64,000 bases of DNA from Dehalococcoidia bacterium (GTDB taxonomy: Bacteria > Chloroflexota > Dehalococcoidia > Lucifugimonadales > UBA1127): positions 94,669 through 158,668 of the forward strand of contig OZ220679.1 of the NCBI GenBank assembly GCA_965116355.1, read 5' to 3'. Under the pieces are notes generated by a model that made no database searches, was not told the DNA's origin, and saw nothing but the letters and a program-made list of their open reading frames with translations. This document shows, in pieces, positions 54,811 to 63,529 of the stretch. Position 1 is the first letter of the stretch. Each line of letters opens with the position of its first letter. Position numbers and translations under genes: made by a program.

Positions 54811-55842
54811 CTACGGATACAGCGCAAGCGTCTCGAGGCCCATCGACTCCGGGAGCCCGAACATGAGGTTCATGTTCTGCACGGCCTGCCCCGCGGCGCC
54901 CTTGACGAGGTTGTCGATGGCGCTTACCACCGTGAGCCGGTCCGTCCGCGGGTCTATGGCGGGGTAGACGAGGCAGTCGTTGTTGCCGAGGGTGTGCTTG
55001 GTGTGCGGCGGCTGGTCGACGACCTTGACGAAAGGCTCGCCGCGATAGAAGTCGCGGTAGACCTCGAAGAGGGCGGCGGCGGCGGCGGCGCCGCCGTCGG
55101 GCAGCGCGCCGGGGTTGAGGTCGGCGTAGCAGCTGCTGAGAATGCCGCGCGTCATGGGGATCAGGTGCGGCAGGAAAGTGACGCGGGGGTCCTTTCCGTC
55201 CAAGCCAAGCTCCTGGGTGATCTCCGGCAGGTGGCGGTGGCCGTCGATGGAGTAGGCGCGAACACTCTCGTTGACCTCGGAGTAGTGGGTGCTCAGGGCG
55301 AGCCCGCGGCCCGCGCCGGAGACGCCGGACTTGCCGTCGACGACGACGTTGGGCTCGATGATGCCGGCCTTGACGGCGGGGGCGAGGGCGAGGACGGCGC
55401 CGGTGGGGTAGCAGCCCGGGTTCGCGACGAGGCCCGCCGCGGCGACCTCGTCACGGTGGAGCTCGGTCAAGCCGTAGACGGCGTCTTCGAGGAGCTCGGG
55501 GAACGGGTGCTGCACGCTGTACCAGGACTCGTACTCCGGCAGGTTCTTCAGGCGGAAGTCGGCGCTGATGTCGACGACCTTGACGCCCTGCTTGTAGAAG
55601 GGGCCGCACGCCTCCGCGCTGGCCTTGTGGGGCAGGGCGGAGAAGACGATGTCGACGCTCTCCTCGATCTCCTCGGTGATGGGGAGGTCCGTGGCCGCGA
55701 GGTGGGGGAACACCTCGGCGAGCCGCTGGCCCGCAGCGCTGCGGCCGGTGACGGAGACCATCTCGGCCTCCGGGTGGTGCGCGAGAATGCGCGCGAGCTC
55801 ACTGCCCGCGTAGCCGGTAACGTTCAGAATGCCTACCTTCAT
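54811..55842 (-). CDS. argC: N-acetyl-gamma-glutamyl-phosphate reductase
   Basis: MKVGILNVTGYAGSELARIL and the active-site NPGCYPTG. 343 aa. Confidence 0.92.
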   Translation of the reverse strand: MKVGILNVTGYAGSELARILAHHPEAEMVSVTGRSAAGQRLAEVFPHLAATDLPITEEIEESVDIVFSALPHKASAEACGPFYKQGVKVVDISADFRLKNLPEYESWYSVQHPFPELLEDAVYGLTELHRDEVAAAGLVANPGCYPTGAVLALAPAVKAGIIEPNVVVDGKSGVSGAGRGLALSTHYSEVNESVRAYSIDGHRHLPEITQELGLDGKDPRVTFLPHLIPMTRGILSSCYADLNPGALPDGGAAAAAALFEVYRDFYRGEPFVKVVDQPPHTKHTLGNNDCLVYPAIDPRTDRLTVVSAIDNLVKGAAGQAVQNMNLMFGLPESMGLETLALYP

Positions 55843-55878
55843 GGGTCCTCTCCAAATGCCTTTGTTGCCGTTTACAGC

Positions 55879-56238
55879 TTAACCCCGCGCCAGCAGTTCT
55901 TCCAACTTCTCCACGAAGCGTGAAATGTCCTGCAAATGGGAAGCTATATCCCACGATGCAAGCTGCCCCTCATAAAAGTTTGTATGCAACTCCCCTGCCA
56001 CCTGAAAGAGTTCCAAGTATTCGGCAACACCCTCTTCCGACACCAGCCGCCGAATCGAATCATAAAGCTGGTTGTGACGACTGTGGCTCCATCCCCTGGC
56101 GTCTGCCACTGCCTTCAATATCTGTGACGCCGCCCCCCATCCCTTTTCCGACGCTTGTCGAAGGTCATTGCGGGAAAGCTCCTCAAAAGCCTGGTCAAGG
56201 AAAACGCGGCTTTGCAACCGGTATTCGGCCTGGGTCAT
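55879..56238 (-). CDS. PaREP1/PaREP8-like four-helix protein (copy 3)
   Basis: MTQAEYRLQSRVFLDQAFEELSRNDLRQASEKGWGAASQILKAVADARGWSHSRHNQLY....LHTNFYEGQL. Confidence 0.55.
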   Translation of the reverse strand: MTQAEYRLQSRVFLDQAFEELSRNDLRQASEKGWGAASQILKAVADARGWSHSRHNQLYDSIRRLVSEEGVAEYLELFQVAGELHTNFYEGQLASWDIASHLQDISRFVEKLEELLARG

Positions 56239-56241
56239 AGC

Positions 56242-56670
56242 TCATGCTTGCCCAGAATACGGCTGATCAGGTTCTTCCCGGACAGAGTGCGGGAGCACCG
56301 GCCCCCCCACCGCCAACATCCGGTCCAGCGTGGCCATGAACTCGTTTACCCTTTTCAGGCTGTGCTCAACGTCCATGTCCGCGTACATGCCATCAAACGG
56401 GGCGGTGCGCAGGTGCCCGGCGGCAGCGAACAACTTGTGCAAGTCTCGCTCCGAGGACTCGCGCGTCAGCCTGCTTACCAAGTTGTACGTCGCCCACGGC
56501 TCCGCAGCGTCCGCCGGCGTCCAGCCCCAGGCATGGGCGATGGCATGCACTTTGTGCGACGCGGCTTCCCACCCCTTGTCCGCAGCGGCCTGCAACTCGC
56601 CGGCTGCAAGGGCGGACTTGGCCTCCGCGAGGCGGGTACGGCTGAGTTCGTCATGTGGTGTGTGGGACAC
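56242..56670 (-). CDS. Divergent PaREP1-like protein (copy 4), 3 nt upstream of copy 3
   Basis: A GTG start at 56670 has AAGGAG 6 nt upstream. MSHTPHDELSRTRLAEAKSALAAGELQAAADKGWEAASHKVHAIAHAWGW aligns position for position with copy 3 up to KGW. It lacks the LHxNFYE motif (it has HLRTAPFDGMY). Confidence 0.5.
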   Translation of the reverse strand: MSHTPHDELSRTRLAEAKSALAAGELQAAADKGWEAASHKVHAIAHAWGWTPADAAEPWATYNLVSRLTRESSERDLHKLFAAAGHLRTAPFDGMYADMDVEHSLKRVNEFMATLDRMLAVGGPVLPHSVREEPDQPYSGQA

Positions 56671-56769
56671 GGTGCGCTCCTTCAACTTCGAGCGGCTAGG
56701 GGTAGGGGATATCGTTGCCGAGCACTTTCGAGTATAGGGCGGGACGGGGGTGGCGGCAACGGACGAACT

Positions 56770-58005
56770 CTAGCCCGTTCGCTTCAGGAGCATGCGGTAG
56801 ACCTGCAGGAGGGCCATGACTACGGCGCGGCGCTTTACGAGGGGGCGGTCCGGCGGGAAGCGCATCACCGTGCTCTCGACGGCGCCGTTCATCGCGACGC
56901 CCGCGAAGACCGTGCCGGCGGGGATGCCGTCCTGGGGGCCGGGGCCGGCGACGCCCGTGATGCCGATGCCGACGTCGGCTTCGAGGGCGTCGCGCACCGC
57001 CTCGGCCATTGCGCAGGCCACCTCGGCGCTGACGACGCCGTGCTCCTCGATGAGCGTTGGCGCGACGCCGGCGATGGACTTGACCTCCGTCGCGTAGGTG
57101 ACGAGGCTGCCGCGGAAGTAGCGCGACGCGCCGGGGACGTCGGTGACGGTGCTGGCGAGGAGGCCGCCGGTGCACGACTCCATCGCGGCGAGGGTCAGGC
57201 CGCGCTCGGTCAGCAGCGCGCCGACGCGCTCCTCAGGCGTCTCGTCGTCGACGCCCCAGATGGCGAAGTCCAGGGCCTCGCGGATCTCGGCCTCCATGGG
57301 CGCGATGAGGTCGAGCGCCTCCTCCTGCGACGCGGCGCGGGCGATGATGCGGAGGTGGATGCCGTCCTGCCGCGCATAGATGCCGAGGTAGGGGTTCTCC
57401 CGGCCGAAGAGCTCGCTGACGTACTCGCCGACGGCGGCCTCGCCGAGGCCGATGGTCTTGAAGGTGCGGGACATAATGACGGTGCCCTGCGCGCGCTCCT
57501 TGAGCCTCGGGGCCGCCTGCTGCGCCCACATCAGCACCATTTCTCCCGGCACGCCCGGCATGGCGATGATGATCTTCCCGTCCTTCTCTGCCCACCAGCC
57601 GGGCGCGGTGCCGCGCGGGTTGGGGAGCACGGTGACAGAAGGGATGACGCCGGCCTGCTTCTTGTTGGTCTCCGGCATCTCCTGCCCGCGGTTGCGAAAG
57701 TTCCGCTCCATGGCGGCGATGAGGTCCGGGTCCAGCGTGATGGTCTCGCCGAAGCACTCCGCGATGGCCTCTCGCGTGAGGTCGTCCTTGGTGGGGCCGA
57801 GGCCGCCGGTGCAGATGATCACGTCGGAGCGGGACAGGCACTTGTGGAGCATGTCCACCATGTCGGCCATCTCGTCGCCCATGATGGTGACGGTGTGGAG
57901 GTCTACGCCGAGGGCGGGGAGCCCCGCGGCGATGTGGGCGGAGTTGGTGTCGACGGTCTCCCCCATGAGGAGCTCCGTGCCAAAGGCGAGTATCTCAGCG
58001 CGCAT
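56770..58005 (-). CDS. cinA: CinA-family protein (MoCF-biosynthesis-like N-domain plus PncC-type NMN amidohydrolase C-domain)
   Basis: MRAEILAFGTELLMGETVDTNS, CTGGLGPTKDDLT and AAMESCTGGLLAS..GITGVAGP. Start at ATG 58003-58005. Confidence 0.9.
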   Translation of the reverse strand: MRAEILAFGTELLMGETVDTNSAHIAAGLPALGVDLHTVTIMGDEMADMVDMLHKCLSRSDVIICTGGLGPTKDDLTREAIAECFGETITLDPDLIAAMERNFRNRGQEMPETNKKQAGVIPSVTVLPNPRGTAPGWWAEKDGKIIIAMPGVPGEMVLMWAQQAAPRLKERAQGTVIMSRTFKTIGLGEAAVGEYVSELFGRENPYLGIYARQDGIHLRIIARAASQEEALDLIAPMEAEIREALDFAIWGVDDETPEERVGALLTERGLTLAAMESCTGGLLASTVTDVPGASRYFRGSLVTYATEVKSIAGVAPTLIEEHGVVSAEVACAMAEAVRDALEADVGIGITGVAGPGPQDGIPAGTVFAGVAMNGAVESTVMRFPPDRPLVKRRAVVMALLQVYRMLLKRTG

Positions 58006-58367
58006 TCGGGAATCCCCCCAGAGCGCCGGCAACGATGCGCCGGCGACGAATGCGCTGAGTATAGGGGAGCAGGGCGGCGAGGGGGAAGGGAGTGGATGAG
58101 GATGCCGCCGCCCCAACTCTACCCTATATCGAGTGCGGGGCTGGCCTTGCCTCCTTGAAGGAAATAGGGACAACGGCTTCGTTTTGTTCGTCTTTTGCCA
58201 TTGCGTGATTCGTTTCCTTTCCCTACGATTTCCGGTCTCGCCAAATAGCCGCCAGGGATTCGTTTCGGCGCGAAAAAAAATCGAATCGATTGCATGTCCG
58301 TCGCTGGAAAAACTCCCCCTGATACGGATCCGGCTTCGAGAACGGCTCGGGCCTGCGGCACGGGCCA

Positions 58368-58778
58368 TTAAGACCGATAGCGGCGCTGGACCGCCAACAT
58401 GCGGGTGAGCTCCCGGAACGACTCGTTGATGAGCTGGTAGTTGCGATTGGGGCGGCGGATGAGGTGACTGATGACGACGCGAAAGGCGGCGATGTCCTCG
58501 GCGCAGTCCGTCAGGTCGCGGGAGTCGTCAAGAAACTCGAGATCATCCGGGGGTAAGAGGCGGGAATAGAAGCCGTGCGTGCGGGCGTTCTGGTTGCCGG
58601 GCTGCCCGCCGCGCTTCCTACGCTCGGGTTCCTCCGCAGGTTCCGGCTCGGGCTCGACGTCATCGAGGTCGTCATCGAGGGCATCGAGGGCCTTGGCTTT
58701 GCGGTAGTCCTGGTAGTTGTGGGCGGCGCGGATCATGTCGGTCATTTCCTTGAGGATGTCGGTTTGGGGTTCCTCCAT
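58368..58778 (-). CDS. Acidic hypothetical protein with a GxPGNxNAxxHGxYS motif
   Basis: AAGGAGGA precedes ATG 58776-58778. The 136-aa product contains RKRGGQPGNQNARTHGFYSR. Confidence 0.6.
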   Translation of the reverse strand: MEEPQTDILKEMTDMIRAAHNYQDYRKAKALDALDDDLDDVEPEPEPAEEPERRKRGGQPGNQNARTHGFYSRLLPPDDLEFLDDSRDLTDCAEDIAAFRVVISHLIRRPNRNYQLINESFRELTRMLAVQRRYRS

Positions 58779-58888
58779 GGCGGTCCTCCTTGTGAGTGGT
58801 GTTCGAGGAGGGTAGCGCCGGGGCGGGAGAGTGCGCGCGGGGGTGGTGTCAGGGGTGGAGGGATGCCGGTGTGCAGGCCGGCGGGCGG

Positions 58889-58946
58889 CCACAAGGGCCG
58901 CCCCTACGGGGGGCGCGTGGGTTCCCGCCTGCGCGGGAACGACGGG
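58889..58946 (+). repeat. GC hairpin (GGGCGGCC-ACAA-GGCCGCCC) plus a hairpin-A variant
   Basis: GTGGGTTCCCGCCTGCGCGGGAACGACGGG at 58917-58946 (stem TTCCCGC/GCGGGAA). Confidence 0.7.
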
Positions 58947-58972
58947 AGTGGGGCGTGGGAGTGGGGCGGGAG

Positions 58973-59962
58973 TTATGGGGCCGGCGTTGCCTCCGCCTCT
59001 GCCTCTTCTACGTGGGGTGGGTCGTCTACGAGGCGCTCAAGGGTCTCGAACCAGGGGGCGTCGACGAGGAGGAGGAAGGGCTGGCCCTCGGCACGGGCGT
59101 AGTAGCGGTCGCCTTCGGGCGTGGGGTCGCCTATCTCCAGGACGCTCTCCCAGTTGCCCTGCTCGATGCCCTCGGGGGGCAGGTACTCGACGATGACGAC
59201 CGCGCGCGGTTCGAGGAGGCCGTACTTGGCGAGGTCGTCGATGTGGTCGGCGTCGATGCCGATGAACTCCGGGCCGCCCAGCAAGGGCAGGATCTCGTTC
59301 CAGCGATCCTCGTCAATGGGGTCACGCTCGGGGTTGGCCCACCGCCAGCCCTCCGGCTCGGTCACGAAGTCGGACGTCACCTCGCCCTTGGTCACGCCGA
59401 GGTAGAGGATACGGCTGGGGTCCAGCTTGTAGAACCACTGGGGATAGGGGGGCTCGAATGCCAGACGGCGGAGCACCTGGCCCCAGATCGACTCAATGAC
59501 GTAGAGGTTGTCATCATCACGCTGGTAGGCGTAATAGCCGGAGCCGTCGGGCGTCAGCTTGCCCAGGTACAGCTGCATCGAGCGGCCGCCGCTGAGGCCG
59601 AGGTCCAGCACGGTCGTCGGCGGGTCGAGGCCGTAGGTCTTGTAGTTCTCGATCTCCTCGGCCAGCACGCGGCGCACGCGGGGGCCGCTGAGCACCAGCG
59701 TCACACCGCCCCAGCGGGCCAGGTCGACGGGCGGCTGCTTCTCGCCGTCGAAAAACCAGCCCTGGCCTTCGCGGTAAGCAAAGGCCTCCTGCGTGTCCTC
59801 GGTCTTGACGGAGATGAGCTGGATGTCGTTTTCCTCGACCTTGTAGAACCAGAAGTCGTCGGACGGCTCTCTCGCCTCTTCCCTGCCGCTGAAGACGAAG
59901 AACCAGAGCCCGGCGAAAATCACCAGGACAGCGATGAGTGCGGCCGTTACGGTAGTGTTCAT
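58973..59962 (-). CDS. DUF4340-like membrane-anchored protein (accessory to a GldG-type ABC system)
   Basis: N-terminal TM anchor MNTTVTAALIAVLVIFAGLWFFVF. It sits immediately downstream of the GldG-like gene, which is the usual DUF4340 context. Confidence 0.55.
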   Translation of the reverse strand: MNTTVTAALIAVLVIFAGLWFFVFSGREEAREPSDDFWFYKVEENDIQLISVKTEDTQEAFAYREGQGWFFDGEKQPPVDLARWGGVTLVLSGPRVRRVLAEEIENYKTYGLDPPTTVLDLGLSGGRSMQLYLGKLTPDGSGYYAYQRDDDNLYVIESIWGQVLRRLAFEPPYPQWFYKLDPSRILYLGVTKGEVTSDFVTEPEGWRWANPERDPIDEDRWNEILPLLGGPEFIGIDADHIDDLAKYGLLEPRAVVIVEYLPPEGIEQGNWESVLEIGDPTPEGDRYYARAEGQPFLLLVDAPWFETLERLVDDPPHVEEAEAEATPAP

Positions 59963-60001
59963 CCTCGGCGGAGCTCCGTCATGTCGTCATGGTCTCCCGA
60001 A

Positions 60002-61678
60002 TCACCGGCGGCGCCACCACACGGCTATGCTGGCGAGGCCCACCGCCGCGGGGAGCAGGAACCAGCTTGAGAAGCGGATGAAATCGAACTCCTGCCTGGT
60101 CACCACCAGCTCGCGGAAGGCGAAGGCCTTGGGCCGGATGGAGATCAGGTTGTAGTCCTCCGCCACGTAGTTGATCGTGTTCAGGAAGAAGTCGAGGTTG
60201 GTGGAGTAGCCGGCGTAGCGGTTGGCGGCGAAGTCCGAGTCGGCAAAGATGGCGATGGTCGTCGGCTTGCGCGTGCCCTCCTCCGAGATGCACTCACGCG
60301 AGCGGCCGTTGATGCTGATCACCGTGTCGATCTCCTCGCCGACTACGCCGCAGGCGTGGACGACGACGCCGAGGGCGTGGGGGCCGATGAGGTCGCCGGC
60401 CTCCGGGTTGAACTCATTGCGCTCGGGGTCGGCCGTCGACCAACTCAGGAAGGACGTGGTGGCCAGCGGGACGTACTCCACCCAGGGCGGCAGCTTCTCC
60501 GGCTCGACGGTGATCTCGATGGGCGTGGCGTGCGTGAATAGGGCGGTGTCCAGGTCGTTCGTAATGGTGGTCGCGCGGTTGTACTGGCCGCTCTGGATCA
60601 GCGGGCTGCGCTCGTCACCGAAGAGCGAGCTGTTGGCGTCCACGATCGTCTGGTCACCGAGGCCGATGCCCCACGGCTCCAGCAGGGCGCGGAAGCTGTT
60701 GGGCACGGGCGGGTCGACGAGGAAGACGGCCCGGCCGCCGGCCCTCAGCCATGCGTCGTAGGCGGCGTCCTCCTGGAGGGACATGTTCCGGGACGGGCCA
60801 GGGAACACCAGGACCGCAGCGTCCGGCGGGACGGCGCCGACCTGCGCCAGGTTCAGCGTGTCCACCGCGTAGCTGTCGGACAGCACGCCCTGGGCCGCCC
60901 GGGCAAAGCCCTGCCTGTTCTGTGGGTCCGGGTTGATGGAGTCCTTCTCCCCGTGCCCCGTGACAAAGTAGACCTTCTTCTGCTGGGTGCCCGTGACGAT
61001 GAGCATCATGCTCGTCAGGTCTTGCTCGGAGAGGGGCGGAACCGTGAGCACGACGGCGTTCCCGGTGTTCCTCGACTGGAACACGATGGAGGGGAACTCG
61101 GAGAGCCCGTACAGCTCGGCGCGCGAGGGGTCGGCCTCGGGGTCGACGAACTCGTAGCTGAAGCGCTGGCTGGAGCGCCGCTCGAACTCGAACAGCAGGT
61201 CGTCGGCGAGCTGCCGGTTCGTCTCGTGGGCGGCGATGCCGGGGACGAAGAAGGCGGTTGCATGCACGTCCTCGATGAGGTCGTCCAGCACCTGCACGGT
61301 CTGGAGGGACAGGGAGAACTGCTTGGAAGCGGTCAGGTCGGCCCTCGCCACGTTGTTGTAGCTGATGAAGTTGGCAAACACGATGATGCCGGTGAAGGCC
61401 ACGATCATGAGGATGGCGTTGATGGCGAACCTGCCACGCTGACCGGAGAGCGCCTCGCGAATGTTCACCGTCGAGAACAGCGCGGCCACGACGAGGATGA
61501 CCGCGCCGGCGATCATCAGGTACAGGCCGGTGTTGTGGAGGTCTTCCGTCCAGAGCCAGAGGGCAAAGCCGCCGAGCAGCGCCACGCCGCCGATGATGGC
61601 GAGCAGCAACGCCGCCGCCGACAGGATACCCTTGGTCCGCTCCCAGAAACTCATGCGCTGGAGATCCTGCTCTGCCAT
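60002..61678 (-). CDS. GldG-like ABC-transporter auxiliary component
   Basis: N- and C-terminal TM segments flank a large extracytoplasmic domain. ATG 61676-61678 has GGTGGAG upstream and starts 1 nt after the permease stop. The track ORF starts at 61702. Confidence 0.65.
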   Translation of the reverse strand: MAEQDLQRMSFWERTKGILSAAALLLAIIGGVALLGGFALWLWTEDLHNTGLYLMIAGAVILVVAALFSTVNIREALSGQRGRFAINAILMIVAFTGIIVFANFISYNNVARADLTASKQFSLSLQTVQVLDDLIEDVHATAFFVPGIAAHETNRQLADDLLFEFERRSSQRFSYEFVDPEADPSRAELYGLSEFPSIVFQSRNTGNAVVLTVPPLSEQDLTSMMLIVTGTQQKKVYFVTGHGEKDSINPDPQNRQGFARAAQGVLSDSYAVDTLNLAQVGAVPPDAAVLVFPGPSRNMSLQEDAAYDAWLRAGGRAVFLVDPPVPNSFRALLEPWGIGLGDQTIVDANSSLFGDERSPLIQSGQYNRATTITNDLDTALFTHATPIEITVEPEKLPPWVEYVPLATTSFLSWSTADPERNEFNPEAGDLIGPHALGVVVHACGVVGEEIDTVISINGRSRECISEEGTRKPTTIAIFADSDFAANRYAGYSTNLDFFLNTINYVAEDYNLISIRPKAFAFRELVVTRQEFDFIRFSSWFLLPAAVGLASIAVWWRRR

Positions 61679-61679
61679 G

Positions 61680-62462
61680 TTATCTCCACCGCCTTGATTC
61701 AACGTTGCGGATGGTCAGGAAGAGGAAGAAGGCCATCACGCTGAAGTAGTACACCACGTTGTTGGTGTCCAGGATGCCACGGGAGAAGTCCTCAAAGTGG
61801 CCGCTCAGGGAGACGCCCTCCAGCACCTGCGCGGCGAGGCCGGAGGTGATGTCGGCGGCCTGCTGGGTGAGCAGCATGAGCAGCAGCACGCCGAAGCTCA
61901 CGATGGCGGCGACGACCTGGTTGCTGGTCAGGGACGACGCAAGCATGCCGATGGACAGGCTCGCGCCGCCAAAGAGGAAGATGCCCAGGTAGCCGGTGAG
62001 GAGCGGGCCAAAGTCCGGGTCGCCGTACAGGAAGAGCATGATCGAGTAGAAGAGGGTGAGGACCAGCGTCGCGAACAGTATGGCGAGGACGGCGGCGAAC
62101 TTGCCCAGCACGATCTCGTAGTCGCGGATGGGCGAGGTCATCAGGAGCTCGAGGGTGCCGAGCTTCTGCTCCTCGGCGAGGAGGCGCATAGTGATGGCGG
62201 GCGCCCACAGGATGAAGACCGTGGTGCTGGGCTCCAGCCACCCGCGGATGCTCGCCTCCGGGAAGGGGACGCTGATGCTGGTGACGAAGAGGTAGCCGGT
62301 GATGGCAAGGAACACACCGCCGATGATGTAGGCCATCGGCGAGGTGAAGTAGGTCTTGGACTCCTTCCAGAAAATGGCGAACGTGTTTCGCCACGTGGAT
62401 GCCAAATATGTTTTGACGCCGCCCGGGGTAACCCTGGGCATCGATACAGTTGGTCGGTTCAA
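61680..62462 (-). CDS. ABC-2 family permease (GldF-like)
   Basis: 260 aa with 6 TM segments. The TTG at 62462 overlaps the ATPase stop. An alternative ATG lies at 62441. Confidence 0.8.
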   Translation of the reverse strand: MNRPTVSMPRVTPGGVKTYLASTWRNTFAIFWKESKTYFTSPMAYIIGGVFLAITGYLFVTSISVPFPEASIRGWLEPSTTVFILWAPAITMRLLAEEQKLGTLELLMTSPIRDYEIVLGKFAAVLAILFATLVLTLFYSIMLFLYGDPDFGPLLTGYLGIFLFGGASLSIGMLASSLTSNQVVAAIVSFGVLLLMLLTQQAADITSGLAAQVLEGVSLSGHFEDFSRGILDTNNVVYYFSVMAFFLFLTIRNVESRRWR

Positions 62463-63421
62463 CGGGCTGAGGCCTCCTCATCGTCGGCGGTAGTCAGTTC
62501 CAGGAATATCTCCTCAAGGCTCATGGGCACGACACTGAGCTGCAGCAGCCCCCAGCCGTGCATAACCACCATTTCCGCTATCTTTTCACGCAGGTCGTTG
62601 CCGGAGGGCGACTCGATGGTGTAGCGCGGGCCCGTGGCCGTGTCGATGTAGCGGGCGCTGGTCACGCCCTCGAGGGCGCGGAGCTCGCGAATCACGTCGG
62701 CGCTGGGGCCGCGGATCTCGGCCTGCACCTGCTCGGTGCCGCGGAGGCGGACGGCGAGGTTGTCCGGCGTGTCCTCGGCGACCAGGATGCCCTCGTTGAT
62801 GATCAGCACGCGCTCGCAGACGGCGCTGACCTCCGGCAGGATGTGCGTGCTGAGCAGCAGGGTCTGCTCCCGGCCGAGCTCCTTGATGAGCTCCCGCGTC
62901 TCCACCACCTGAATCGGGTCGATGCCGACGGTGGGCTCGTCGAGGATGAGCACCTCGGGCTCGTGCAGGATGGCCTGGGCGAGCCCCGTGCGCTGCCGGT
63001 ACCCCTTCGAGAGCTTGTGGATGAGGGACTTGCGGTAGTCGCCCAGCTTCACCCGCTCGATGGCGACGTCGATGCGCTTCTGGAGGTAGGGGCCGCGCAT
63101 GCCGCGGATGGTGCCGAGGAACTGCAGGTAGTCCTCTACGGTCATGTCCGTGTAGAGGGGGACGGTCTCCGGCAGGTAGCCGATGTGACGGCGCGCATCG
63201 AGGGAGCCGGTCATGGTGTCGTAGCCGGCGATGCTCGCCGAGCCCGTCGAGGGCGGCAGGTAGCCGGTGAGGATGCGCATCGTGGTCGTCTTACCGGAGC
63301 CGTTGGGCCCCAGGAAGCCGACGACCTCGCCCTTCTCGACGTGGAAGGAAATGTTGTCCACGGCAAGGTGTTCGCCGTAGTACTTCGTGAGGTCATTGAC
63401 CTCAATCATGGTGTCCGGCAT
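62459..63421 (-). CDS. ABC transporter ATP-binding protein (GldA-like)
   Basis: GFLGPNGSGKTTT, LSKGYRQRTGLAQAI and LILDEPTVGID. Confidence 0.9.
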   Translation of the reverse strand: MPDTMIEVNDLTKYYGEHLAVDNISFHVEKGEVVGFLGPNGSGKTTTMRILTGYLPPSTGSASIAGYDTMTGSLDARRHIGYLPETVPLYTDMTVEDYLQFLGTIRGMRGPYLQKRIDVAIERVKLGDYRKSLIHKLSKGYRQRTGLAQAILHEPEVLILDEPTVGIDPIQVVETRELIKELGREQTLLLSTHILPEVSAVCERVLIINEGILVAEDTPDNLAVRLRGTEQVQAEIRGPSADVIRELRALEGVTSARYIDTATGPRYTIESPSGNDLREKIAEMVVMHGWGLLQLSVVPMSLEEIFLELTTADDEEASAR

Positions 63422-63529
63422 GCCCGCCCCTGTGTCTCAATGTTGCGAACCCGCGTTCACCGTTCGCGCACAACTCTTTAGTATACAGATACAACCCAAA
63501 GCTATCCACCACTCAGGCGCCGCGTCTCA

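Noticed and set aside
56775-56790. Possible reverse-oriented module C (CCCGTTCGCTTCAGGAG) at the 3' end of cinA
   Set aside because: It is only a partial match, it lies within well-conserved CinA coding sequence (..LLKRTG*), and it lacks the TCGAAGGG half. It is probably coincidental.
58119-58408. 80-aa (minus) and 91-aa (plus) ORFs in the AT-rich spacer between cinA and the acidic protein gene
   Set aside because: They mutually overlap on opposite strands. Neither has an SD or recognisable motifs. Their composition is atypical of coding sequence in this genome.
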